DNA of 64,000 nt from Octopus sinensis. Its lineage: Eukaryota. The first letter of the stretch is position 1. Each line of letters opens with the position of its first letter. The notes beneath the pieces were generated by a model. It was given only the letters and a program-made list of their open reading frames with translations, had not been told where the DNA came from and searched no databases. The DNA lies in the NCBI RefSeq assembly GCF_006345805.1, contig NC_042998.1, positions 97,464,001 to 97,528,000 of the forward strand, given 5' to 3'. Positions 51,628 through 64,000 of this stretch are shown piece after piece. The position numbers and the translations under genes are program-made.

Positions 51628-52409
51628 TTACTAAGAATATAACTATGGCTTTAATAGTGATAGTAAAAGAACAGTAGATTCTGAAATCAGTTAGTTGTAT
51701 ATATTTTCTTTGTTAATAAAATGTTGATGTAATATTAGTGTAATAAATTCTTTGAATAAATGCAACCGAGGACAATAACAGGTCTGTTGTTTTGAGATTT
51801 TATTTATATATATTAAGTGAAATGTTGTTTCAATTTTTAATTCATATATTCTTTTATTTATTTGTTAAGAATGAGTTGGCATTTTCCATCTGGTAAGTTC
51901 CTGTTATAAATATCTTATTTTCATTGCAATATCATGCCTCATCAAACAGGAACAATAACCTGTTATTTTCAGGTCACTGCTGATGAAGAGGAATTATATC
52001 TTTCAGTGGTTTCATGTATTTAATACTATTCACATTGCAATAATTTATAGACAGCTTTATTCATTCACATGGTAGCTATATTTTTTCCTGATGAAAATAT
52101 GTTTTAAGTACTTGTCAAAGTTATTTACAGTACTTGTCAAGTCTTTGCTACATTTTAAAATTGATACAAACATGCCAGTATATAATATTTTGTAACTTGG
52201 GTGGGGAGGAGGGTCATTAATTAAATATGAATTACTATGTACAGGAGTACAGGCATGGGTGGTTGAGAAGATGACTTCCAAACCATAAGGCTCAAGGTTC
52301 AGTTCCTGCTGTGAGGCAGCTTGGGCAAGTGTCTTCTACAATAGTCTTGGGACAAGGTGGTGAAGGATGATCTTCAATGACCAGTGACCAAGATCTTTGG
52401 TGATATCCT

Positions 52410-52697
52410 GTGCTTGAGAAGACCCATCAAGCCATGTTGCATTGCCTTACTGGCACCTGTGCAGGTGGTATGTGTAAAAAGATTCAAGCGAGGTCATTGC
52501 CAGTACCGCCTGACTGGCACCCATGCCGGTGGCACGTAAAAGCACCCACTACACTCTCAGAGTGGTTGGCGTTAGGAAGGGCATCCAGCTGTAGAAACTC
52601 TGCCAGATCAAGATTGAAGCCTGGTGCAGCCATCTGGCTCGCCAGTCCTCAGTCAAATCATCCAACCCATGCTAGCATGGAAAGCAGACATTAAACA

Positions 52698-52731
<34 letters not shown>

Positions 52732-53188
52732 CGATGATGACTGATGCTGGTGTCATGTAACTGGCACCCATGCTGGTGGCATGTAAAGAGCACCATTTGA
52801 GCGTTGGGCCTCATGGATACAAAGTGGCTGAGTTCCTTTTGAGCATTGTGCCTCATGGAGGTGAGTTCCTTTCAGGCATTGGGCCTTATAGAGGCAATGA
52901 CTGAGACTTTTGACATTATGTTGTGCTTGAGAAGAAGACCCATCAAGCCAAGCAAAATCACAGTCATGGCAGATACCAGTGTCATGCAAATAGCACCCAT
53001 GCTGGTGGCACATAAAAGCATCCATTACATTCTTGGAGTAGTTGGCATCAGGAAGGGCATCCAGCTGTAGAAACTGTGCAAATTAGACTGGAGTCTGATG
53101 CAGCCTTCCAGCTTGCCAGCCCTGGTCAAACCGTCTAACCCCTGCCAGCATGGAGAACGGACGTTAAATGGTGATGATGATGATGAGG
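52410..53188 (+). mobile_element. Two tandem RTE 3'-UTR/tail-derived elements
   Basis: Two GTTGGC.T.AGGAAGGGCATCCAGCTGTAGAAAC...(GAT)n modules ending at ~52742 and ~53188. Confidence 0.8.
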
Positions 53189-53209
53189 AAGAGGAGGAGG
53201 ATATAGATG

Positions 53210-53535
53210 GGGTACTGCTTTGAAGAATTTTAGTTAAAGGAATTGACCCAGTACTTATTTTTTAAACTTGATACTTATTCTGTTTTTCTCTTTTACTGAA
53301 ACATAAGTTATGAAGATGTAAACGCACCAACACCAGTTGTCAAGTGAAGGTGAGCAACACACACATACATATGACAGGCTTCTTTCAGTTTCTGTTTACC
53401 ATATCCACTCACAAGACTTTGGTTGGCTTGAAGCTATAGTAGAAGGCACTTACCCAAGGTACCATGCAGTGGGACTGAACGCAGAACCATGTGGTTTGGG
53501 AAGGAAGCTTCTTAGCACACAGCCACAGCTGTGCT
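53210..53535 (-). mobile_element. tRNA-derived SINE family A
   Basis: Colinear with the other family A copies. Confidence 0.7.
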
Positions 53536-54098
53536 TAATTTACCACACAGCTATACTTGCACCTAACTGAATAAATATTGTCATTCTTTTGCAATATATT
53601 GAAAACAATTATATCAGTTTTGTTTGCCTTGATGTTTTTAAATACATTTCAATTAGGAGAACAGGCAATATCCATGATCTTTTTCAGGGCTACCAAGATT
53701 TATGGCAAGGAGGGAAGAAGGTATCCTCAAACCAGAGACCAAGTTCAAATGTTTGCAGCAGAGTAGAAATCCCTGCTAAATGCACTTAAGAACCAGGCGG
53801 CAGTGTTAAACCATGTAAAGTAGGTCACAAAAGGATTTGAACTCGGAATACAAAGAACTGGAATATATGTTACAAGATATCCAGACTGACACTCAAGCAG
53901 TCCCAGTCCACTGTTCTAGAGAGAAATTTTATTTATTGACCCCTGCTGACCTCAGCAGAAACTTCAACTCAGAATGTAAGAAACCAGAATCAGAATAAAC
54001 AACACAAGGTGTTTGGTCTGATGCTCTAATGACTCTGCCAATCTGGTGGGCTTAATGAATCTAATAATTTTTATTGGGTAGATATCTACTTTATTTCT

Positions 54099-54450
54099 CA
54101 TGACTGTGGTTAAGTCATTTGCTTCACAACCAAACAGCTTTGGGTTCAGTCCCACTACATGGCACTTTGTGAAAATGTCTGCTATTACAGCCTCAGGCCA
54201 AATAATGTCTTGTGAGTGAATTTGATAGATGAAAACTATATGGAAGTTCATCATATGTATGTGCGTGTGTGTGTGTGTGTTTGAAAATTAGTGCTTGTTT
54301 ATATCCTTGTAGCTTAGCAGTTTGCCAAACAGACTGATAGAATAAGTACTAGACTTTAAAAAAAAGTATGTACTGGTGTTGACTTGTTCAACTAAACTCT
54401 TCAAGGCAATGCCCCAACATGGCCATAGTCCAATGACTGAGATAAGTAAA
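54099..54450 (+). mobile_element. tRNA-derived SINE family A
   Basis: TGACTGTGGTTAAG..GGGTTCAGTCCC head; CCCCAACATGGCCATAGTCCAATGACTGA 3' end. Confidence 0.75.
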
Positions 54451-54770
54451 GGAGCTCTTGATGGCATTGATTCCCGACACCAGATATTCAGTACAATCTA
54501 ATGAAGCTAATAATCATATGTGAATGACAGAAACAAGAGCTTCAATTCTAAAAGAAACTGCTTGTCATGATTCCATACATTTTATACATATATGTGTATA
54601 GACATAACAATATTTACTTGTAAGCATATCTATACATAAAGATGAGAGAACATTCAAGTAGTTCTGTGGATACTTGCAACAGAAGTAGATAAAAATTCTT
54701 AAGATAACCTAACAACTCATGAAGTTGTTCAAGACATGTAATCACAGGGGAATACAATATTCAGAATCAT

Positions 54771-54825
<55 letters not shown>

Positions 54826-55095
54826 CACACATATACATACATAAATACATACATATATATGTATATATTTTGATTTCTTTCACACACATACACACATATA
54901 CACATATATACATACATAAATACATACATATATGTATATATTTTGATTTCTTTCACACACACATATATATATAAATACATGCATATATATATGTGTATAT
55001 TTTGATTTCTTTGACTAAAATGCAGTGCTCCAACATGGCCACTGTCAAAATAACTGAAACAAGCAAAAGAATGAATATCTTTATATATATATACG

Positions 55096-55136
<41 letters not shown>

Positions 55137-57097
55137 TGTGTGTAATATATATATATATGCAAAATAGGACTCAGTGAAACAAAAGACAGATCAAGAAAAG
55201 TACAAACTTATGGATGAGAAGAAAGAAATTTTAATTAAAAATTCTAGAATATTACTGCATAAGAAGAATAAAATGTAACATCAAATTGGCCAGCTAAACA
55301 TGTACCTTTGTAAAACAGGCCAAGGACCCTGCCACTTCAGTGAGAATTCAGACATTAAGGAATTATTATTTCAGATTCAAATACCAAATAACACAGTAAA
55401 TACTGAAAACTGGAAAGTGTATCTTGTTAACTTGAGTTGTCATAACAAGAAGTTCTCCTCGTTGCTGGAAAGCATTTAACAAGAAGCTCAGACATTCCTT
55501 TACAAACACAAGTACCTTGTAATTTGATGAATGTCTTGTCTTTAAACAAATCTAACATAGGTTAGTGAATTCTTTGTATTTTCTGAGAGACCTGTATATA
55601 TAGTCCCTTTGTAGTTTTTAGTGCTTTGTATTACAGTTTTAGTGTTTTGTATCAGTGACATAAATCATTGCTTCACATGGGAGTGGAGTATGAGGGTTAA
55701 CAAAAAGAAGTGAACAATTTTCCATCATCATCATTAGCATCATAATCAGCAGCAGCATTAGCATTGTTTTAACATCTACTTTTTCCTGCTAGCATGGGTC
55801 AGGTGAAACTTTATGGAGGCAGATTATATAATTGTATGCTCTTCTTGTTGCCAGTCCTCCCATACCTGTTTTCAGGTGAGGCAGTATTTCCTTTAGTCTA
55901 ATGAACAGCTCAGTGGCCAGATATGCTGCTTTTGTTAAGGATTACAAACAAAGGATACTACTTGTATGATTGTGGTGTTCTGTAATCTAAAAAGATATTC
56001 AAAATTGTTAGTTTCAAAGTGAGAATCTTTTTGTAATCTTTTTGTCCTGTTTGTTCAAACCATTAAAAGCAGACAGCCGGCACATGCCATTTCACTAGCA
56101 AGAAGGAGAGTACAGGATGACAGTCAGCCAAAGCCGTTGCAATGCTGTCTCTTTTCTTTCATCTCTCTGTCTCTCTTATGAAGTCCAATTCCACATGAAG
56201 TTATATATATATTGTGTTAAGATTCGTTATCAATCAATTATCCTTATTGAGAAGAAACAGTCAAAAGTAACCACCACATACAATCACCAAACATCTCCAC
56301 TACTTAACACCGTCCAAATTTGGGGTTAATAATCTTAATCTTTAGTTACAGTTTCTCATTCAAACGACATAGGCAGAATTGTCATATTAAGACAGTAGGG
56401 TGTTTTGAAGAAGATTTTCTACCCTGTCTAGCTACCATGTAGAGGTCTCCCCTCATTGGCTCATACATAAATATATACATACATATATATACATATAATC
56501 AAAATAAAATACTTAAAGCAACAGTTGTCAAATACAAAAGCCAAGGTCCATGCAATGTCATGGGCCAAATAAATTTCCAACTTCTTGCCTAATGCGAGCC
56601 CAGAGCAATCTCTTATCTCTTACACTATTTCAATATTACGTCTCTATTATAATGTGAGATAATACTTTCAGTTTGAAAGAAGTCTGTCCTATATATATGT
56701 ATATTCCTTATGCATTCCAAAACTGAGTTACAGAGTTTGATGTAAGGGGTATCAAAAGATTCAGTACTATTTTGGCTACGAATTAAACTTAATTTCCATT
56801 CACATATTTGCATTTTAAAAATTTAGCATTATAATCTTTTCCATAAATCAACTATTGAAAACCTTTTATATGACGATGTCACATTTTCTATATGTGTGTG
56901 TGTACTTTAAAAGACATCAATCATCACAACACACACCTTCACTCAATTACTCTATCTCTGAAAAATCACTCTCTTTCTCTCTCTCACACACACACGTTCA
57001 TTTCATATAGACGTACAAACATCTTTCACTTTCTTTCTCTGTCCTTTTCGATTTCTCTTCTTTCAATTTCTGCTCTCTTCAAATACTTTTTTACGGA

Positions 57098-57650
57098 ATG
57101 AGTGGGAGAAACACAGAAAAGATGTAATCCCTCCAGAAACAAGGATAAAGCAAGGGAGGATTGTAGAAAACTGAAGGCAAGAGTCTGAAGAGAGATGAGA
57201 TTTTCTCAAGATCAGCAAATGCATGTTGCAGCACTTAATGCTGGATCATTAAATTAATGTTTTAATGATTAGACAGAGGTCTAGTAGAATAGCTCTCAGA
57301 AACAGACTATGTACAAACTCATTCTTCACAACTCCTGAAGCTGTTTTCAGATATGATCCATCCCATTCTTATAAAAATGATAACTCTATCCATGTCATTT
57401 CTGTGGTGTTTTAAAATTTTCAAATGAAACAAATGGTATGTGCTGCTCAGGCAGTCAGGTAACATTGCCAGTACTATCAGCTCCTTCTCAACCTCTTATG
57501 GATCTTCTAGAAGGCACTTCCATCCAGTCAAAGGATTTTCTGAACAATATCAGACAATACAACTCTGTATTTCAAATGACATCGTTTGGTGCATCTAAGA
57601 AGATAGATAAACATGAATTTATGCCAACGTCAAAGTTCAAGATCAACAAA
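57098..57650 (+). pseudogene. Helitron Rep/helicase N-terminal fragment
   Basis: MCCSGSQVTLPVLSAPSQPLMDLLEGTSIQSKDFLNNIRQYNSVFQMTSFGA matches the Helitron CC..G.V.LP...FL.NIR.YNS.FQMTSFGA motif; upstream part frameshifted. Confidence 0.8.
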
Positions 57651-58491
57651 TGTTCTGACAGTGAATATTCAGTGTTATTTGATGGAGATTTGGCTGTTGT
57701 TTCTTGCAGTTTCAATGACCATATAAAGATTTCTCTATGACAGTGTTAGCATTATTCTTTGCAAACATGCCATAATTAAACCATCTGTAATTATTGATAT
57801 AGGCAAATCCTTTTAATGAACATGTAGAGCAAGCAACAACACAGTTACTGGATTTAGTCTCAATGTTTCCCACAGTTTAGAAATAGTAAAATAATAAAAC
57901 TATAGTAATTACTAAAATAACAAAAGTTCCTTGATTCAAAACCAAAATCCAAAATCAATTTAAAGACACAGAATATAAGAAATGCATATGTATGTGTCCA
58001 CTTGTAGCATTGTGAGACAAAATGTGACTGAAAATAGCAACAGTTTTTACTTTTGGAAACTATATAATAAATTTTTTTGTCTTTTTCTTTTGTTGGAAAC
58101 ATATTGAAACTATTCTTTTCAATAACATCTGTTTTCCATGCTTCCTAGTTGTTAGCAGGGCAAAAATATTTTTTACCATTCAGTGAATAATCTAATGAGT
58201 TTAGAGACTACACTAAAATAAAATGTACAAATATAAAGAAAGAGGTGAGAGGGAGAGAGTGAAAAAAAAAAAGAAAAGTCAAGAGGGTCCATGTTTCTAT
58301 TTTTTTAATGTTAACACCCCCATATTTCTAAAGCAAGCCTGCTTTGTTGTAAGAACAATTCCTTATTCCTTGTTGTTAATTAGTAGTTAGTTCCCAGCTC
58401 CTGTAATAAAGATTAAGAACTACAAGCTTTTAGGAAGTTATTTTGGGAATAATTTACAAGTAAAAAAATACATATAAGATATATATGTATA

Positions 58492-58522
<31 letters not shown>

Positions 58523-58554
58523 TGTGTGTATGTATGTATATGTATGTGTGTGTG

Positions 58555-58664
<110 letters not shown>

Positions 58665-61600
58665 ATATATTATATATATATATATATATATACATATCCA
58701 TATATACATATACATATACATATATATATGTACAGACTTTAGTTTGTTGCTAATAGATATTGTATGTGATGCATTGTTTCTTTTGTTGACACCTATCTTA
58801 AATTTTTCATGTAATACACAGAATTTTAAAAGAAGCTTTAAACAATTAAAAGATAATTCTCACTAGATTATGCTTGCGTATGTAAAAAAAAAATGTTTTC
58901 CAAAGCTACTTCTTCAATTATAGCCAAATGATGAGTTCTTGTTATACTACATATACACAAACAATATCTTTCCTTGCTTTCTTTTCTGTTCCTTTTTTTT
59001 CTTTCTTTTGGTAAACGTTTCATATCTATTACTATAAATATTATTGAAGTACTAAATATTAAATATTTCATCAAGTATTTCATTCAGGTTATAATTTTGT
59101 TCGGATATTTTTCTTGCTTTTATTAAAAGTGTTTTCTTTGACCAAAGTTAACATGAAAGGCTGCTCTCTCCTCTCTTTGATAATACTCTTGAGTGTCCCC
59201 AAATACATGTTAAATACATCTTCTAATGCAACCAATGACACAAATTATTGAAATTGCCAAAAAATATTTCATCATCAATAGCATCTGTTGATATATTAAG
59301 TTTTCAAGATTGTGATGTATTTAGTAAGAAACTTATATCTGATGACAGTTACAGCTGGAAAATTTGGGAAACCAAAGAGTTTAAACTTCTAAACAAGCCA
59401 TCACAATATTTTTTTGCTGTCCTATGACACATTTCATGTATGAAGTGTTTCTCCTATATCCTATTACTATTTTCTGTATGAGGTACCCCATTAACATGTA
59501 AAAAGATAATATCTTGTCAATTCTGGTAACAATTTTGACAAGAAATTTGACATTTTAAACCTCTGTATTAACTGCTATTTCACATTATTTATGAAATTTG
59601 AAACCTCTCAAATAGTAATGAAAGCTTTTTATCTTGTGGAGCTGCATAAGTGTGTAATCATTGGTTCAGAAATATATAGCATTTAATTAGTTACTGATAT
59701 TTCTAAATACATTTTAAGATCTTTTTAAAGAATTTAGTGACAATGGAAAGTGATTATGATGATGGCAATGCATTTATTTTTTTACTGCTGGATGTTTTAA
59801 CTTCATATCTTAAAATAATGGTTCTCTATTGGTTTGGACAGAAGACTTTCCAAAGGTACCCTACAGCAGGGACTAAACCTTAGTCTATGTGGTTATGAAA
59901 CAAATTTCTTTTAATTACATATGTAACAATGTCTATTCCTAAGTTTTCGTGTTTTTTTTTTGTTTTTGTTTTTGTCTTTTGCTTTTTTTTATAGCAGAGT
60001 CAAAGAGCAAAGGGCATAACTCATGATCATTTTGAGCCGATTCTGAGACTGATGAAGAAAAATAAAAATAAATCTTGACTCATGCAGTAGTGCAAATGAG
60101 ATGAAAGATTTAGTTCAACTGTTAATAAAGGCACCAAAGGTGTTAAACCAGATGATAAATTAAATATAACCCACTAAAACAAGTGTCATCCACCTGATAG
60201 AATTCTGCAGAGATTCTGTCTTCCCAATTTCACAAGGTTTTGGTGTAGCCAATATTATGATAGAAGACACTTGCCCAAGGTGTTGCCCAGTGGGATTGAA
60301 CCTGGAAGCCTAGAATTTCAAAGTGAATGTCTTATCCACATGCCTATTTATTGACTAGATGTAGATTCAGAACTATAAACTAACAAGCAGCTCATCAATG
60401 ATGCAATTTCCTCTGACTTGCTATGATGGAATTATCAGCTTGATTGGGCTGGCTTTAATTTCTAGCTGTACCCTATAGCTATTGGTCATGTTTTCTTGAA
60501 CTTAAAAACATGTTCCCTGCATGATGAAATTATATCTACAGGAAGAGTTATATCTACAGATCAAATTACTTATTTTAGAAGGCACACCCACTAGTCCATC
60601 CTCAATAATTGTTACTCATTTCATACAGCATTCCTTGATTCAGTTGATTAATTTGCTTCTATTCCCAACCAATTAAATTTTAAATGCAATATTTATGGTC
60701 TAGAACTTATACAAACATCTCTGAATAAGAATTTATATAAGCGCAAGAAGATATTAGTTTCTTTAATATATGTGTCCATTATTGGAGTAAAGCCATTAAT
60801 AACTGTAAAGATATGATCATATACTAAAATATACTCCTGCTATATGTCTGCAAGAAATTAATAATTATGTAGGTTGTGATTTTAGTTCATACAATTATTG
60901 TAGCAGTGTAGTAAGTTATAACAGTAGATGTGGATGAGACAGCAGAGAGAAGGATTCAATGCTATCTAAAATTTAGTTTAAGCTCCTTCTATTAAAGCTT
61001 GAGTTCCAATCCTTCTGGTAACAAGTTTACATTTCATCACCCTGAGTTCAATAAAGCAAATAGCTGTGGCCGTTGTTGTTGTTGTTGTTGTTGTTTAACC
61101 CTTGGTAATCCCTGACTGAGAAGTCCCACAATCAAAGAAATTCAAATTGTCATTTTCTTTTATTCATGCATAGTGTATCCTATGTCTCCTTTTTAAAACA
61201 CCTTTAGAGTGTGATATAATTAACAGTGATATGCTAGGGTTCATTCCATTTATGGTATTCTTTTCCCACAGAAAAATACTGATATTGTTGTTATGTAAAA
61301 ACAAAAAAAAAAGTGAAAGAAAGAAAGACCAAAAGAATCTATATTATTTTTTAAGATTTATTTCACCAGCTTTGACCTTCTAGATATACAAAATTGCCAA
61401 AAAGTACTTGCTTCGGCGAATTACAGAAGGTAGGCTACAATCAAATGATTAATGTTTTTGAATCTTATCTTTTACTTGTTTCAGTCATTAGACGGTGGCC
61501 ATGCTGGGGCACCACCTTGAAGAATTTTTAGTTGAATGAATCAAACCCAGTACTTATTGTACTATAATGTTTAATTTTAAATGTAATCCTAATTTTACAT

Positions 61601-62630
61601 AAAATTAATGACTATGTCTGTTGCTAGAATCATCAATTCTGTATTTTTTAAATATAATTCTGCTTTTTCTTTGATCTTTCATTTTCATAGAATTATCAAT
61701 AAAATAACAATTTCATCTATCGGTAAAAAGATACAGAGATTTCTATTTGTCGAAAAGACAAATAAATATAATAATATAGCACTTTATTAGCTTACAGATC
61801 CTCTTTCAACTGGTGTAAAGTTTTCATTTTAAAATTAAATTTGTAAAGTCCTGTTGCTTATGAATGCATAAAGTTGTAAAACCCTTAACAAGCCTATCAA
61901 GATAAGTTAACCAATTCTAGGATTGCATGCTTGAGTCATATGACAGATGGTTATCTTGTGTGAGAAGAAATTGAGACAAATATTGAAAAACTAAGACCCA
62001 TAATTGTTTCTATTTCCATATGGATATAGTGTATGGTCAGAAAATAAATGGCCTACAGCTATGAAACATGGACAGTGGATGTAAACTTTATCAGTAACTA
62101 AATAAATTTTATAATTAGAATTGTAAAAATCAGAAAAGCAGAGATTTCATGGATGATTCATAATTTTTCTTTACAGCTGTTTCAAAGGATAGACTAAAAA
62201 CATCATTTATATAATCATGCAATCAATAAACATTATTAGTTGATTTAAATGTGATGGATAAATATATTTCTTAATGTGTTACTGAGATGAGAAAGAAACT
62301 AAGTATTAGAGGTTATTTCATGCAAAATAGATATGTGTGTGTATGTGTATTGTGCATGTGTGCAAGTGTGCATTTATACATACACATATACATACATGTA
62401 TGCACATACACATACATATATGTGTACATACATCTATACATCCATCCATCCATCCATCCATCCATCCATACATACATACATACATACATACAAACATATA
62501 TATATATTATTTTTAAACAAACCCAAAGCCTGTAAATTACAGAGAAGAGTGACACACATAAGTCCTTTTTAATAATAGCTATAATTATATATTAGCACTG
62601 AATATATCCCAATAATATATGCTCCATTTA

Positions 62631-62845
62631 AGGTGGCAAGCTGGCAGAAATGTTAGCACACTGGGCAAAATGCTTAGCAGTATTTCATCTGTCTTTACTT
62701 TCTGAGTTCAAATTTCACCGAGGTCAACTTTGCCTTTCATCCTTTCAGGGTTGATAAATTAAGTACCAGTTGTGTACTGGGGTCGAGCTAATTGACTGGC
62801 TCCCTCCCCAAAAGTGTCGAGCCTTGTGCCTAGAGTAGAAAAGAA
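62631..62845 (+). mobile_element. tRNA-derived SINE family B
   Basis: AGGTGGCAAGCTGGCAGAAATG..GAGTTCAAATTTC..CTTTGCCTTTCATCCTTTCAGGGTTGATAAATTAAGTACCAG; TCCATTTAA direct repeats on both flanks. Confidence 0.82.
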
Positions 62846-62904
62846 TATTTGTTCCATTTAAAGTGACTAAACCTTTACTTTGCTTACACTTTCACCAAAC
62901 CTCT

Positions 62905-63345
62905 TCTGATGTGTGACATTTGATGAATGAGGGAGTTTGATGTTGCTGCCCTCATCTGCATTTTTTGCCACAGGGTTGGTTCATCTGGAACTCTTGACAG
63001 AAAGAGATCCAGTTTTGTTTTGAAGACATCTACACCCACCCCATGTAAATCTCTCAGGCATTGTGGGAGGATATTGAAGAGCTGTGGTCCTGTATCCTGA
63101 TGGCAATGTTGGGATTTTTAGTACTATGTGGGGGTGCACTTTCTGCTGTTTGTGTCACTAACAGCACCAAAGTTTGGTAAAAGTTCTTTCAGAATTTTCT
63201 GGATATATATTACTGTGTATCTTTCCCACCTTCATTTTAGGGAGTAGAGTCTTAACTTTTTCAGTCTCTCCCAGTAGCTGACCTGTCACATTGAGATGAT
63301 CTTCTTTGTGTAACTTTGGAACTAAAAGGTATTAACTGAAACCAA
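62905..63345 (-). pseudogene. CR1/L2-group LINE ORF2 C-terminal fragment
   Basis: Minus strand SYWERLKKLRLYSL..R.ERY...GPQLFNILPQCLRDL...FKTKLDLFLSRVPDEP..RAATSNSL. Confidence 0.75.
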
Positions 63346-63377
63346 TCGTATATTTTATTTACCAAATTCCACACCAT

Positions 63378-64000
63378 TTGAGCATGGCCGTTGCCAATAC
63401 TGCCTGACTGGCCCTCGTGCCAGTGGTACATAAAAGCACCCCCTACACTCTCAGAATGGTTGGCGTTAGGAAGGGGATCCAGCTGTAGAAACTCTGCCTG
63501 ATTAGATTGGAGCCTGGTGCAGCCATCTGGCTCACCAGTCCTCAGTCAAACTGTCCAACCCATGCCAGCATGGAAAGCAGACATTAAACGATGATGATGA
63601 TGAACTTTGCTGAAAATGGTTTTAATTTCACTTTGGAACTTTCTTGTGGCCGATGCCAGTGCCATCTAACTGCACCCATGCCAGTGGCACGTAAAAAGCA
63701 CCTTTCAGATGTTGGGCCTCATAGAGGCAGTGACAGGTGAACAAGACTCTTGGCAATATACCATGCTTATGTTGACCTGTCAAGCCAAGTGAAACTGTAG
63801 TCATGGCTGATGCTAGAGTTAGGTCAATAGCACCCATGCTGGTGGCACATAAAAAGCACCCACTACATTCTCGAAATGGTTGGCATTAGGAAGGACATAC
63901 AGTCATAGAAACCTTGCCAAATCATATTGGAACCTAGTGCAGCTCCCCCAGCTTACCAGTTTCCCGTCAAACCATCCAATCCATGCCAGCATGGAAAGCG
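63378..64000 (+). mobile_element. Two tandem RTE 3'-UTR/tail-derived elements (second runs off the window)
   Basis: Modules 63378-63603 and ~63640-64000, homologous to 52410-53188. Confidence 0.8.

Noticed and set aside
51979-52010. CTGATGA followed by a weak stem
   Set aside because: No GAAA, helix III or stem I; a chance match in AT-rich DNA.
56040-56200. Unique, GC-richer stretch that looks like a regulatory element
   Set aside because: No ORF, splice pair or specific motif; cannot be supported without conservation data.

Overview
This is AT-rich, microsatellite-dense animal genomic DNA. The SINE and LINE families resemble those of Octopus (my inference, not checked against a database). 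I can support only one host coding exon: a 230-nt minus-strand exon (45885-46114) encoding part of the N-terminal VWA domain of a hemicentin (HMCN1/him-4-like). I found no neighbouring exon within about 18 kb upstream or 45 kb downstream, so most of the window is probably intron. The rest is a transposon landscape. At 3094-9372 there is a four-level nest: a DD37E Tc1 element, whose left TIR holds a TGT...ACA element with 40-bp TIRs and a 4-bp TSD, which in turn contains a near-intact CR1 RT; an RTE LINE with an embedded PHD finger splits the Tc1 transposase. Also present are mariner and maT elements, hAT and Tigger-like MITEs, Helitron and RLE-LINE fragments, three tRNA-SINE families and many RTE 3'-tail copies. 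The most unusual signals are the Ginger-like TIR unit carrying a LINE RT behind a CCAAT/TATA cluster, a tandem pair of minimal hammerhead-ribozyme-like motifs (9986-10219), and several long fold-backs and inverted duplications. There is no rRNA, true tRNA gene or CRISPR array. All alignments were done by eye; boundaries of degenerate repeats are approximate (about 10-30 bp).
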